Positions 14,201-26,999 of a stretch of 64,000 nt of DNA are shown in pieces. Source of the DNA: Centroscyllium fabricii (Eukaryota). The stretch spans positions 992,001 through 1,056,000 of the forward strand of contig JBNRSN020000133.1 in the NCBI GenBank assembly GCA_051313645.2. The letters are read 5' to 3'. The position numbers and the translations under genes were made by a program. The stretch's first letter is position 1, and every line of letters begins with the position of its first letter. The notes under the pieces are model-generated. The model ran no database searches. It was not told the DNA's origin and saw only the letters and a program-made list of their open reading frames with translations.

Positions 14201-15401
14201 CCAGATTGAAATAGGTCCTCTCTCACCAGTACCTTCCCCAGACTGATCCAAACACTCCCTCAACAGCCTCTATCCGAGGTTGAACAAGACCCTCACTCAC
14301 AACCCTTGTCCCAGATTGAAGCATAGTCTGCTTCACCAGACACTGTCCAAGAATGAACCTGATCCTCACTCACCAGTCCCTGTCCGAGACTGAACCTGAC
14401 CCTCCCTCACCAGCCCCAGTCCCAGACCGAACCAGGCTTTCACACACCAGCCACTGACGCAGACTGACTCAAATCCACCCTCACCAGCCCCTATTCCAGA
14501 CTGAATCACCACCTACATCACCAGCCCGGGCCCAGATTGAAACAGACTCTCACTCACCAGCCACAGTCCCAGACTGAAACAGACCCTCTCTCACCAGCCT
14601 CTGTCTCAGACTGAACCAGACATTCACTCACCAGCCCCTGTCGCACACTAAGTCACAAGATCACTCACCATCACTTTCCCAGACAGAAAAACACCCTCCT
14701 GCACCAGCCCCCATCCAGACTGAAACACACCCTCTCTCACCAGCCCCTGTCCCAGACTGAACCAGACATTCACTCTCCAGCCTGGGCCCAGACTGAAACA
14801 AACCCTCTCTCACCAGTCCCTGTCACAAACTGAACCCGGGCCGTCCTCACCAGCCCGTTCCCAGACTGACCCGGTTCATCTCTCACCAAGCCCTGTCCCA
14901 GACTGAACCAATCACATCCTCACCAGTCCCTGTCTCAGACCCTCACTCACCAGCCCTTGTCCCAGCCTGAACCAGACCCTCACTCAATAGTCCCTGTGTC
15001 AGACTGAACCAATCCCTCATTCAGCAGACCCTGTCCCAGACTGAACCAGACCCACACTCACCAGCACCTTTACCAGACTGACCCAAACACTCAGTCACCT
15101 GCCCCTTTCTCCGACTGAACCAAATTATCACTCACCAGTGCCTGTCCCAGACGTAACTAGACCCTCCCTGAACAGACCCAGTCCAAGACGGAACCAATCC
15201 CTCACTCATCCTACCCAGCCTCAGACTGAACTAGACACTCACTCACCATTCCCTGTCCCAGACTGAACCAGACACTCACTCACCAGCCCCGTCCCAGATT
15301 GAACTAGGCCCTCACTCATCAGAACCTGTCCCAAAATGAAGCAGAACCTCACTCATCAGCTCCTCTCCCAAACTGAACCATACCTCACTCAGCAGCCCAT
15401 C

Positions 15402-15670
15402 TCGGAAACCTAAGTTTCTCACTCTAAAATACTTGATAAACGGAGGAAAGCAGTGGAGGAAAATACAAAAAGTCTTTATTCGATCACAACAACGCAGAAC
15501 TGAGAGAAACGGCGCGGAAACGGAAAGCACAAAGGGGGATGTTGAGAGACAGCCCTACGGACCAATGAGGGACAATACCCATTGATCTAACTGACCAACT
15601 GGCAGCACAGGTAAAGGTGTACTCTAGGCCCAGGAGAGCTCAGATCAGTCTCTCTGGTATTAACACTACA
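15402..15670 (-). repeat. 3' LTR of Gypsy element
   Basis: Begins TGTAGT on the minus strand at 15670, preceded by polypurine tract GGGGGGGCCTG (15671-15681). Similar to 19260-19486. Distal boundary approximate. Confidence 0.8.
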
Positions 15671-18600
15671 CAGGCCCCCCCAGAATCCTCATACACATGC
15701 TACGTCAAACTCCAAGGCGGTTTGCTGAGGCGGCCACTGCACAAGCAATAGGCCGCCAGTGCAGTAGAGTGCGTCGGAGAGCCTTGTGATCGACTAGGGG
15801 GTAACTGTGCCTCAGGCGTGAAAGACGGCGAAACTGGGTGTGAACATGCAACTCGAGCCGTACCCGAGGGGATAAAGACTGTGGGACCTGTGACGGTTAT
15901 GCTCGGAACAAAAAATGACTCTTGGCGGGGAGCCGGGGAAGACCATTCCTGTAAGGTGTGATCGAATTGGGCAGGCTTAAGATGGTCGATAGACACGCGG
16001 TCCTGTTGAGCCCCGAACTCCAAAAGGAACGATTAGACACCAGACTCCAGCACCCAGAAAGGGCCAGTATATGGCGTCTGCAAGGGGGTTATGCGGGCAT
16101 CGCAACGCACAAAGACAAATTTATCCCGCCGGAGCTCGGTAGGCACGTGTGTCGAGCGGACAACATTCCGAGAGGTGGGCACAGGGAGAAAACAATGTGC
16201 CGCATCGTGAAGTTGAGCGAGTTGCTCTCTGCGCGACCAAGAGTCAGTGATGGAGGGGAAGAATTCTGCTGGAACGCGGAGATGCTGTCCAAAAACGAGT
16301 TTGGCTGATGAAGTGCCGAGAATGTCCTTGGGCGCAGAACGTAGCCCAAGCAAAACCCAAGGTAGACTTTCGAGCCAATTATCATCAAACAGGCTAGCTC
16401 AGATTAAGGCTTTAAGGTCCCGGTGGAAACACTCGCAAATGCCATTAGACTGGGGGTGATATGCAGTGGTGGGATGCAGTTGCATACCTTGACCAGATGA
16501 CACTGCATTCCAGAGTTGGAAGGTAAACTGGGGGCATCTGTCAGAAGGGATGTCCGACGGTACCCAAAATGGGCTACCCACGAAAAAAAGAAGGCACGAG
16601 CGACGTCGGCTGCAGTGGTGGAAGAAAGATGTATAACCTCAGGCCACCTAGTAGTGCAGTCGGCGACAGCGAGGAGATGGTTGAACCTTTGCGACGGCGG
16701 CAATGGGCCAACCAGGTCAACATGGACATGATCAAAGTGCCGCTGGGGAACCAGAAAATGCTCCAACGGGGCCTTAGTATTTTGATGGATCTTACAGTCC
16801 TTGCAGGCGTTAGTCCAGTCTCGCACGTCTTTATGGAGGCCAGGCCAACCAAACTTTGCGGACATGAGCTTTTGAGAAGCTTTTGAGAAGTCCGCATGCC
16901 CGGGTGTGAGAGGCCATGGACTAACTGAAAAAAGGCCTGCGCCAGAAGTTAGACAACAATGGCCTGGGGTTGGGGACGGACACGTTACACAAGAGAGATG
17001 TGCCAGTATCGTGAAAATGGACGTCTGTCAGGTTAAGGCTGGTGGACGCAGCATGAAGAGCCTGCAGCTCAGTGCCTGTTCGCTGGGTGCTCGCCATTTC
17101 AGCATAGTCAACACCAACCTGGACAGCGTTGAGAGAAGGACAGGACAGGCAGTCTACAACGACATTGTCTTTACTGGACACTTGGCGAATATCTGTTGTA
17201 AATTCGGAAATAACATACAGGTGACGCTGTTGACGACGTGCCCAAGTCTCTGTAGCCTTAGACATGGCAACAATGAGTGGCTTGTGGTCCACGTAGGCCG
17301 TGAAAGGACAGCCCTCAAGAAGGAAGCGAAAATGTTGCACCGCGAGGAAATGAGCTAGCAGTTCATGAGCGACCGTGCTATATGAGCGCTCGCTTTTCCG
17401 TAGCTGGTGGCTAACAAAGGCAAGGGGCTGCCAGGCTCCGTCCACCCATTGTTGCTGAATGGCGCCTATGGCATGATCCATGGTATCCGTCGTGAATGAC
17501 AGAGGAGCTCCCGGAATGGGGTGGGTCAAAAGGGTGGACTAAACCAAGGCCGACTTAGCGAGGCAAAAGGCCTGAAGCATGTCCACGGACCACTGAATGC
17601 TATCCATACTGGCTTGCCCTTGGTAGCCTCATACAAGGAAAGCATTATGGAGACTGCCCGAGGGAGGAAACGTTGGTAAAAATGAACTATTCCAAGAAAT
17701 TCCTGGAGCGACTTGCCTGAGTTAGGCTGAGGAAACTCCGCGAATGCTTGTACCTTGGATTGCAAAGGAGAAGTGATGGCCAATAAAATCAATCTCAAGG
17801 CAGCCGAATTGTCATTTGACTGGGTTGACAATTAAGCCGTGGTGGGCCAAACTCTGAATAGGAGAGTGCAGGTCTATCACATGTTGCGATTCTGTTACAG
17901 TAGCAACAAAAATATCGTCAAGATCTAGAAATAAAAAGTTCAAGGGTCGAAGGACAGAGTCCAGCAAACGTTGAAAAACCTGTGCAGCATTTTTAAATCG
18001 GAAAGGCATGCACAAAAATTCAAAAAGTCCGAAAGGTGTAAAACGGCTGTTTTTTGAATGTCATCTGGATGCACCGGGACCTGGTGATACCCTCGGACGA
18101 GGTCGATCTTGGAATAAATGGTACTGCCCGCCAAATGGGCCGATAAGTCCTGAATATGACGCAGTTGATATCTGTCCAGTGTGGTTGCATCATTAAGGCG
18201 TCGGTATACACCGCATGGTCTCCAACCACCTCATTGCTGGTGGACGACATGGAGTGGGGACGACTACGGACTGTTGGAAGGCCGAATAATCCCTAACTTT
18301 TCCAGCGCAGAGAATTCTTGTTTGGCCACCGCCAACTTCATGGGATCGAGGCTTCTGGCATTGGCAAAAACCGATGGACCCGTTGTGCTGATATGATGTA
18401 TGACTTCATGTTTGGTGGTACCATCGGAGAAAGTTGGCTGAGTGAGGGCCAGGAATTCGGCCAGGAGACATGAGTACTTATCGTCTAGAGGAGGAGAGCA
18501 GGAGCTAACTTAGGGTTGACCATCACCTCGCTGGCAGGGTAACAAAGCGAAAGTGGAAGCATCCATAAGACGTCTGCCCAGGACATCCACGACCAGGCCG

Positions 18601-19259
18601 TGTGCACAAAGGAAATCGGCGCCCAGCGCTAGATGTTCTATGTTGCCCGTGACAAAATCCCATGCAAAGCGTTGGTCGCCCAGTAATATTTCAGCATGCT
18701 GCTTACCAAATGTGTCTATAGCTACGCCATTCACGGCTACAAGTAGTGGGCCGCTGCTGCTGGACTGTCGATCAGACCATATGGCTGGACAGGTGCTGAG
18801 CTGGACCCCTTTGTCACAGAGGAATTGTTGGCCAGACAGAGAGACTGCAATGTACAGTACCTGACCAGCTGTGCACATGGCGTTAGTAGCGGCTGTGCCT
18901 TGGCAGCGTGGCTGATTCGAATCGTTGGGCTTGGGTTGGGCCAGTTTTCCATCGAAGGGGCAAGGCAGTCGGCAGTGATGAGCATTCAGCCGAAGCATGC
19001 GTGATAGTAGCAAAGCTCCAGACGAGGTCGGGTTGTTGGCTGCGGGGAGAGGGTTGGGGGCCCCGTGGCGGCACTTGAGCTAGGCGTGCAGAGGCAGATA
19101 CGGCCTGCTGGAGCTGCCAAATCTGCATAGTCCTCACCTTTGAAATTTGCCAATGCGGACTGCACCGGTTCTGAAAGCAGGTTGATGAAGAGTACTCTAA
19201 ACAAAGGCACTCCCTGTGGTCGCCAAGCAAGGTGATCATTCGGTTCATTAAACGCGTGG

Positions 19260-19486
19260 GCAAAATACAAGATGTCTTTATTCGGTCACAACAACGCAGA
19301 ACAGAGAGAAACGGCGCGAAAACGCGAAGCACTGAGGGGGCTGTTGAGTGACAGCCCTGCGGATCAATGAGGGAGAGTACCCATTGACCAAACTGACCAA
19401 TATGCGAAGGGGGCTGACCCGCTCGGGTAAAGGTGGAATCTAGATCCTAGAGACTTCAGAGGAGTCACTCTGGTAGTTAAACTACA
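19260..19486 (-). repeat. 5' LTR of Gypsy element, truncated
   Basis: Begins TGTAGT on the minus strand at 19486. Shares AAAATACAA..GTCTTTATTCG.TCACAACAACGCAGAAC with the other LTR, then runs directly into mid-gag. Confidence 0.8.
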
Positions 19487-19489
19487 CCC

Positions 19490-19930
19490 GAGTTCTAGAC
19501 TGAACCAAGCCCTCAATCACCAGCGCCTGTCCCAAACCTCCACTCAGCAGTCCTTGTCCTAAAGTGAACCAGCCCCTCGCTCACCAGTCCATGCCCAGAT
19601 CCTCACTCACCAGTTCCTGTCCCAGAGTGAAGCAGACCCTCACTCACCATCTAATGTCCCAGACTGAACCAAAACCTCTCTCACCAACTCCTGTCCCAGT
19701 CTGAAGCATGCCCTCACTCAGACGCTGGTGTCCCAAACTAAACCAGACACTCACTCACCAGCCCCTGTCCAAGACTGAACCTGCCCCTCCCGCACCAGCC
19801 CATGTCCCAGTCAGAACGTGAGCCTGTCTCATCAGCCCCTGTCCCAGTCTGAACCAGACCCTCACTCACCAGCCCCTGTCCCAGACTGAACCTGACCCTC
19901 CAGCACCAGCCCCTGTCCCAGTCTGAACGT
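19490..19930. repeat. Continuation of satellite 2 (37-bp unit)
   Basis: CCAGACTGAACC...CTCACTCACCAGCCCCTGTC units resume after the LTR element. Confidence 0.9.
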
Positions 19931-19931
19931 G

Positions 19932-20073
19932 AGCCGTGGGCGTGTTTGACATGGGTTCTGGGTGTGTTTGACACGGGCCGTGGGCTGTGCGTGTGTTTGA
20001 CAAGGGCCGTGGGCTGTGGGTGTGTTTGGCATGGGCCGTGGGCTGCGGGCGAGTTTGACACGGGCCGTGGGTG
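19932..20073. repeat. 29-bp G/T-rich minisatellite, ~4-5 copies
   Basis: GGGCCGTGGGCTGTGCGTGTGTTTGACAC repeated. Confidence 0.8.
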
Positions 20074-20077
20074 TCTT

Positions 20078-21567
20078 ACATAAGAACATAAGAAATAGAA
20101 GCAGGAGTAGGCCAATCGGCCCCTCGAGCCTGCTCCGCCATTCAATAAGATCATGGCTGATCTGATCCTAACCACCAACCAACTATCACAAAATCATCTC
20201 CTGCAACTAACAGAATTCGACACAAAATAGGAGCAGGTTCAGGCTTCACGGTCCCTGGGCCCGCTCCACTACCCATAGGTCATGATCGATCTGAACCTAG
20301 AATCATGTCCAAATACCTGCTCGCTCCCCGTAACATATAATCCCTTTTTTTGCTACTAAAAAACTGTCTATTTCGGTTTCAAATTTATGTAATGATGTCG
20401 CTTCTACAGTTTTCTGGGGCAGCATGTTCCATGGACCAACCACTCTCTGAGTGAAGTAGTTTCTCATCATCTCTGTTTTGAAAGAGAAGCACCTTATTCT
20501 ATGTTTATGCCCCCTAGTTCTAGTTTCAACCATCATTGGGAATATCTTCCCCGCATCGACCCGATCCAATCCCTTCACAATCTTATATGTTTCAATAAGA
20601 TCTCCCCTCATTCATCTGAACTCTAATGAGTAGAGTCACAAAATACTCAATCTCTCCTCATCTGTCCAACCCCTCATCCCTGTACTGAATCGAGAAGGTA
20701 TATGTCCTTTCTTAAGTATGGACATCAAAACTGTATGCAGTATTCCAGGTGCGGTCTCACCAATACCTTGTACAACTGAAGCAATACCACCCTATTTTTA
20801 TATTCTATCCCCCTAGCAATGAAAGCCAAAATTCCTTTGGCCCTCTTAATCACTTGCTGCACCTGCATACTAAACTTTTGAGTTTCGTGCACCAGGACCC
20901 CCAGATCCCCTTGTACTACAGTACTTTCCAGTTTCCTGCCATACGCTCTACCATTTTTCCTGCCAAAATGCTTAACCTCACACTTTACACTATTGTACTC
21001 CATCTGCCAAAGCTCTGCCCAGTGACTTAGCCTGTGTATGTCACCCTGCAGGATAATTATGTCCTCATCATTCACCACTTTCCCTCCCATCATAGTATCA
21101 TCTGAAAACGTTGATATGTTGCACTCGGTTCCCTCCACGAAATCGTTAATATAAATAGTAAAGAGTTGGGGACCCAGCACTGACCCCTGCGGAATACCGC
21201 TAGTTACCGATTGCCAGTCTGAGAATGACCCATTTATCCCAACTCTCTGCCTTTTCTTAGATAGCCATTCCTCTATCCATTCCAGAATATTACCCCCAAT
21301 TTCGTGATTTTTTAAATTTTAAGCAGTAATCTTTTAAGTGGCAGCTTGTCAAATGCCTTTTGAATGTCTACATATATTACATCCAATGGTTCCCCCTTAA
21401 ACACCCTATATGTTACTTCCTCAAAAAACTCCAACAAATTTGTCAAACAAGATTTTCCCTTCGTAAAACTATGCTGACTTTGCACTATTAAATTAAGTGT
21501 ATCCAAATGTCCTGTTACTGGATCCTTAATAAAGGACACAAACATTTTACCCACGACAGACGTTAGG
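20078..21567 (-). mobile_element. CR1 LINE 3' fragment
   Basis: ORFs with GKSCLTNLLEFFEEVT, LGPQLFTIYIND and RGDLIETYKI; (TAAGAACA)n tail at 20080. Confidence 0.9.
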
Positions 21568-22180
21568 CTACAAGAGCAGGACAGAGGCTGGGAATTCTGC
21601 GGCGAGTGTCTCATCTCCTGAATCCCCAAAGCGTTTCCACCATCTACACGGCACAAATCAGGAGTGTGATGAAGTACTCTACACTTCCCTCGATGAGTGC
21701 AGCTCCAGCAACACTCAAGAAGCTCGACACCATTCAGGATAAAGCAGGCCGCTTCATTGGCACTCCATCCACCACCTTCAACATTCACTCCCTCCACCAC
21801 CAGCGCACTGCGGCTGCAGTGTGTACCATCTACAAGATGCACTGCAGCAACTCGCCAAAGCTTTCAACAGCATCTTCCAAACCCGCGACCTCTACCACTT
21901 AGAAGGACAAGGGCAGCAGACGCATGGGAACAGCACCACCTACAAGTTCCCCTCCAAGCCACACACCATCCTGACTTGGACCTGTATCGCCGCTCCTTCT
22001 CTGTCGCTGGGCCAAAATCCTGGAACTCCCTTCCTAACAACATTGCGGGTGTACCTACACCATATGGACTGCAGCGGTTCAAGAATGTGGCTCACCACCA
22101 TCTTCTCAAGTGCAATTAGGGATGGGCACTGAATGCAGGCCTAGAAAGCCAGTGTCGCCCATATCCGCTCAATAGATAAA
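21568..22180 (+). mobile_element. 3' fragment of a second non-LTR family (CR1/L2-clade 'family B')
   Basis: LSTIYxAQxRSVMxYS...LKKLDTIQDKA motif; tail CACCATCTTCTCAAG.GCAATTAGGGATGGGCA. Confidence 0.85.
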
Positions 22181-22684
22181 CATTTATTTTGTATATACAG
22201 CTATTCGTAAAACAAAAAACCCATATGTTTTATTAACTGACATCTCCACTTGCTTTGCCACTTCACAGATTATTGTGTGTGAATCTCCAGGTATTGGGTT
22301 TTTGCACCCCCTTTAAAATAATGCCTTAACATTGTCTATTTTTTATTAGTGCATTCTCCAAACCGCCCCTCGTGTCACACAGCAAGGTCTGATCATTTTA
22401 CATGATGAAACATATGGAGCTTCTTGGACATGTCAGTCTTGGTGTCATTACATTGCACCTTTCTTAGTTCCCTGTTTGCTGCACATCTACACCCACTCAC
22501 TGTGTATGGTTCAGAGGAAAGCTGACCGCATCTGTCGATTTTAGCGGCAGGTGTGAAACTGCTCAACATGGGGCGGGTTCACCCCTAATTTTCATAATGA
22601 CTTATGTTTTTAAGTCTGCAGGAAATCAGAATTAAGAAGTTAGTCACAATTTTTGCCTCACCTAAAGTATCCATTTACTAATAA

Positions 22685-23570
22685 CATAGAAACATAGTAA
22701 CATAGAAGATAGGAGCAGGGGTAGGCCATTCGGCCCTTCGAGACTGCTCCGCCATTCAATGAGATCATGACTGAACTTTCAGATTCAGGACACTGTCCCT
22801 GCCTTCTCCCCATATCCCTTGATCCCTTCAGCCTGAGGAAATATATCCAACTCCATATTGAACATATTTAATGAACCGGACTCCCCCGCCCTCTGTGGCA
22901 GAGAATTCCACAGGTTAACCACTCTCTGGGTGAAGAAATTCCCCCTCATCTCTGTCCTAAATGGATTTCCCCTTATCCTTCGACTATGGCCCCGGGTTCT
23001 GGACTCCCCTTTCATCGGGTACATCCTTCCTGCCTCCAGTCTGTCCAGGCCTGACATAATTTTATAGGTTTCGATGAGATCCCCTCTCAATCTTCTTAAC
23101 TCCAGTGAGTATAAGCCCAATCGTCTCAATCTCTCCTCATTACTCATTCTTGACATCCCAGGTATCAGCCTGGTGAATCTTCGCTGCACTCCTCCAATGG
23201 AAAGAACTTCCTTCCTCAGATGAGTCGACCAAAACTGCACACAATGCTCGAGGTGTGGTCTCACCAAGGTCCTGTAGAGCTGCAGCAAGTCATCCTTGTT
23301 CAGTAATTCGAACCCTCTTGCTACGAAGGCCAACATACCATTTGCCTTCTTAACGGCCTGTTGCACCTGCATGCAAACATTCAATGACTGGTGCACAATA
23401 ACACCCAGGTCTCATTGCAGTTCCCCATCTCCCAATGTATTGCCATTCAAATAATAACCTGCCCTCCTGTTTTTTGCCATCAAATTGGAAAACCTCACAT
23501 TTATCAACATTATAGTGAATTTGCCATGTTACTGCCCAATTCCCCAACCTGTCCAAATCGCATTGGAGTT
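22685..23570 (-). mobile_element. CR1 LINE 3' fragment
   Basis: ORF 22785-23396(-) has LVRPHLEHCVQFWS...FFTQRVVNLWNSLP; CR1 tail present. Confidence 0.9.
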
Positions 23571-23769
23571 TGACGATGTTAAACTAATCAATTCAGCTAA
23601 TTCAAATCAGTTGATGGACAGTCAACAAGAGTTGTTAGTCTCTAGATTAACCTGTGTGTCTTTCACTACAAACACTTATTTAGGATCTACCTTTTACGTG
23701 CAAAACTTTGTGAGTATGCTGCAAAATAACGATCAGCTCGCAGAATGCAAGTTACTGAGCCGTACCTGA

Positions 23770-23987
23770 CTTCTGGTCACAGATTAGCCAACTGTAGCAT
23801 GTCGGCAGATTGTCAGCTACAGCCGAATAATACAAGTACTGAGTACTGGTCCCAGACCAGCCAAATGTGGCATGTCGACAGAATGCGACCTGGAGTCGAA
23901 TAATACAAGTACTGACCACTGGTCCCAGACCAGCCAACTGTAGAATGTCGGCACAATGCGACCTACAGCCGAATAATACAAGTACTG
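23770..23987. repeat. 73-bp tandem repeat, ~3 copies
   Basis: AGCCAACTGTAG.ATGTCG.CAGA...GAATAATACAAGTACTGA..ACTGGTCCCAGACC starts at 23786, 23859 and 23932. Confidence 0.85.
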
Positions 23988-24057
23988 GAACCGAGAAACA
24001 TTGGAAATGTTCGTTTCTGGCTATGGTGTATGATGCGCTTGCAATGCTGTGATCTAT

Positions 24058-24880
24058 TTTTTTTATTCATTGATGGGATGTGGGCGTCGCTGGCTGGCTA
24101 GGCCTGCATTTAGTGCCCATGCCTAATTGCCCTTGAGAAGATGGTGGTTAGCCACCTTCTTGAACTGCTGCAGTCCATATGGTGTAGGTACACCCACAAT
24201 GTTGTTAGGAAGGGAGTTCCAGGATTTTGGCCCAGCGACAGTGAAGGAGCGGCGATACAGGTCCAAGTCAGGATGGTGTGTGGCTTGGAGGGGAACTTGT
24301 ACGTGGTGCTGTTCCCATGCGTCTGCTGCCCTTGTCCATCTAGGTGGTAGAGGTCGCGTGTTTGGAAGGTGCAGTTGAAGGAGCTTTGGTGAGTTGCTGC
24401 AGTGCATCTTGTAGATGGTACACACTGCAGCCACAGTGCGCCGGTGGTGGAGGGAGTGAATGTTGAAGGTGGTGGACGGAGTGCCAATCCAGCGGCCTGC
24501 TTTATCCTGAATGGTGTCGAGCTTCTTGAGTGTTGTTGGAGCTGCACTCATCCAGGCAAGTGGAGAGTACTCCATCACACTCCTGACTTGTGCCTTATAG
24601 ATGGTGGAAAGGCTTTGGGGAGTCAGGAGGTGAGACACTCTCCGCAGAATTCCCAGCCTCTGGCCTGCTCTTGTAGCCACAATATTTATATGGCTGGTCC
24701 AGTTCAGTTTCCGATCAATGGTAACCCCCAGGATGTTGATAGTGGGGGATTCAGCGAGGATAATGTCTTTGATGGTTAGAGTCTCGCTTGTTGGAGATGG
24801 ACATTGCCTGGCACTTGTGTGGTGCGAATGTTACTTGCCACTTCTCAGCCCAAGTCTGAATGTTGTCCTGGTCTTGCTGC
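24058..24880 (-). mobile_element. Non-LTR family B 3' fragment
   Basis: ORF 24123-24680(-) ATRAGQRLGILRR...YKAQVRSVMEYSPLAW; poly-A-like end at 24058. Confidence 0.88.
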
Positions 24881-25149
24881 ATAGGTCACTATTATTTTAA
24901 TATCCATCAGTCGGTGCTTCCCGTCAATAAAACAAGCAATCCACAGTTAGTCGATCGCCAAATGACGCTGTGTCCGGTTAAGCTCCCAAATACGTTCGGC
25001 ACTTTTCACAACCATTATCCACAAAGGAATTGCGGAACTGAGATGGTTCACAAACGGCTCTTCTAACTTCTCTCCGGTCTGATTACACATTAACCTCGAC
25101 TCACTTTGAGACAGATGCTGCCTGAAATGATATCAGAGGTACTGAACCA

Positions 25150-26440
25150 TTAGCGTGTAAAGTTAAGGGACCTGGGATTGGGGGCAAGATATTGACTTGG
25201 ATAGAGAACTGGTTGACGTACAGAAATCAGAGAGTAGAAATTAACGGGACTTTTTCCGAGTGGCAGGCAGTGACTAGTGGGCTACCGCAGGTATCATTCC
25301 TCGGACCCCTGCTATTCACAATACACATTAATGATCTAGATAAGGGAACCTGATGTAATATCTCCAAGTTTGCAGACATCCAAAGCTGGGTCGACACAAC
25401 GCTGGGTGGGCGTGTGTGCTGCGAGGAGGATACCGAGAAACTTCAGGATGATTTGGATAGGTTGGGTGTGTGGGCAGAAGCGTGGCAGATTCAACATAAC
25501 GTGGATAAATGTGATGTCATCCACTTTGGTGTCAAAAACAGGAAGGCAGATTATTATCTGAATAGCAATAGATTGGGAGAAGGGGAAGTGTAACGAGATC
25601 TGGATGTCCTTGTGCACCAGTCGCTGAAGGTGAGCATGCACGTGCAGCAGGCGGTGAAGAAGGCAAATTGTATGTTGGACTTCGTAGCGAGAGGTTTTGA
25701 GTACAGAAACAAGGATGTCTTGCTGCAGTTGTACAGGGCCTTGGTGAGACCACATCTTGAGTATTGTGTGCAGTTTTGGTCGCCTTATCTGAGGAACGAT
25801 GTTCTTGGCATCGAGGGAGTTCTTCAAAGATTCACCAGGCTGATACCTGGGATGGCAGGAATGATGTATGAGGAGAGATTGGGTCGATTGGACTTGTACT
25901 CGCCGGAGCTTAGAGGAATGAGTGGGAATCTCATCGATACTTATTAAATTCTGGCAGGTCTGGACAAACTAGTTGCAGGAAGAATATTCCCGATGGTCGG
26001 GGAGTCCAGAACCTTAAGTCATAGTCTGAGGATAAAGGGAAAGATATTTAGATCAGAGATGAGGCAGAATTTCGTCACCCAGAGTGTTCTCTGCCACATA
26101 ATGTAGTTGAGGCAAAGTCATTAAATATATTCAAGAAGGAGTTAGATATGTTTACTTGAGCTTAGGTTATCAATGGATATGGAGAGAAGGCACGTACGGG
26201 GTACTGAGTTTGGATGATCAGCCATGATTTCATTGAATGGCGGAGCAGGCTCGCGGGGCTGAATGGTCTACTCTTGCTCCTATCTTCAATGTTAATATGA
26301 TCTGATTGTAAGGTAGAGCAGGCTCAAGGGGCTGATTGGCCACTCCTGCTCCTATCTGCAAAGTTAATTTGATCTGATTTAATGGCGGAGTGGTATTGAG
26401 GGGCCGAATGGCCACTCCTGCTCCTATCTTCTATGTTTCT
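25150..26440 (+). mobile_element. CR1 LINE 3' fragment with locally triplicated tail
   Basis: LVRPHLEYCVQFWSPYLR motif; tail motif ATGG.CACTCCTGCTCCTATC occurs three times in 26260-26430. Confidence 0.88.
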
Positions 26441-26999
26441 ATCAGGAGCTGGGCTCAGTCCTCGACGTCTCAGCATTAACTTGGAATGTTTATTTCCAAA
26501 ACAACCTAAAGCTGTAAACCTGGTGATAGGAACAGGAAGTAGAAAAGCTTAATATATATAACATCATCTTTTTCCATGTATGTCGCAGACCGATTGTATT
26601 TTACTAAATTGAGAATATTGTTCGGGATGGTGAATGATGAGATAAGCGGATTATCTTTATTAGTTGATGATATGGAATCAGGAGGTATTGGCGATCACAC
26701 ACAACGAATGAGTCAGTTCCTTGTTTTATTTCCCGTCTGAAACTTCAGGCTATAAGTGACATCGGGGCGAACCCTGCCTGTGAGCTGCGGTCAAAGCTGT
26801 CAACATTGATAGGCTTAACTCAAATCAGTATTTACATGTTAATCACCATCAGGATTAAAATTACATCAATTCATTGATGAATTTGTTTTATTTTGATAAA
26901 TTATAAAAAATGTGCTCTATATTAGCGCACAAGAGAATGGTGAACCAAACTTATACATTCGCCTCTTTAAAGACAAATAATCCAGAATATCCTGATCTT

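Larger units (their letters stand above)
6400..15400. repeat. Satellite 2, 37-bp monomer with 33-bp variant domains; interrupted by two CR1 LINEs
   Basis: Units CCAGACTGAACCAGACCCTCACTCACCAGCCCCTGTC (37) and CCAGACTGACCCAGACCCTCACCAGTCCCTGTC (33). The 33-mer blocks (~10330-11170, ~11770-13190) give [11 protein letters not shown]-repeat ORFs. Confidence 0.95.
15402..19486 (-). mobile_element. Degenerate Ty3/Gypsy LTR retrotransposon (gag remnant-PR-RT-RNaseH-IN)
   Basis: Minus-strand fragments in Gypsy order: gag LMNRMITLLGDH; PR QFLCDKG; RT SKIDLVRGYHQVPVHPDD and FLDLDDIFVA; RH WQPLAFVS..DHKPL; IN HVHVDLVGPLPPS, TTAYHPQSNG, PYTGPF. Many frameshifts and stops. Confidence 0.93.

Noticed and set aside
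1-15400. Long ORFs in the satellites (e.g. 11880-12881, 333 aa) as genes, or the arrays as CRISPR
   Set aside because: The ORFs follow from stop-poor repeat units. There are no unique spacers or cas genes, and the DNA is vertebrate.
25100-25130. Possible 17-nt minus-strand mini-exon (TTTCAG...GTGAGT)
   Set aside because: No recognisable peptide or partner exons.
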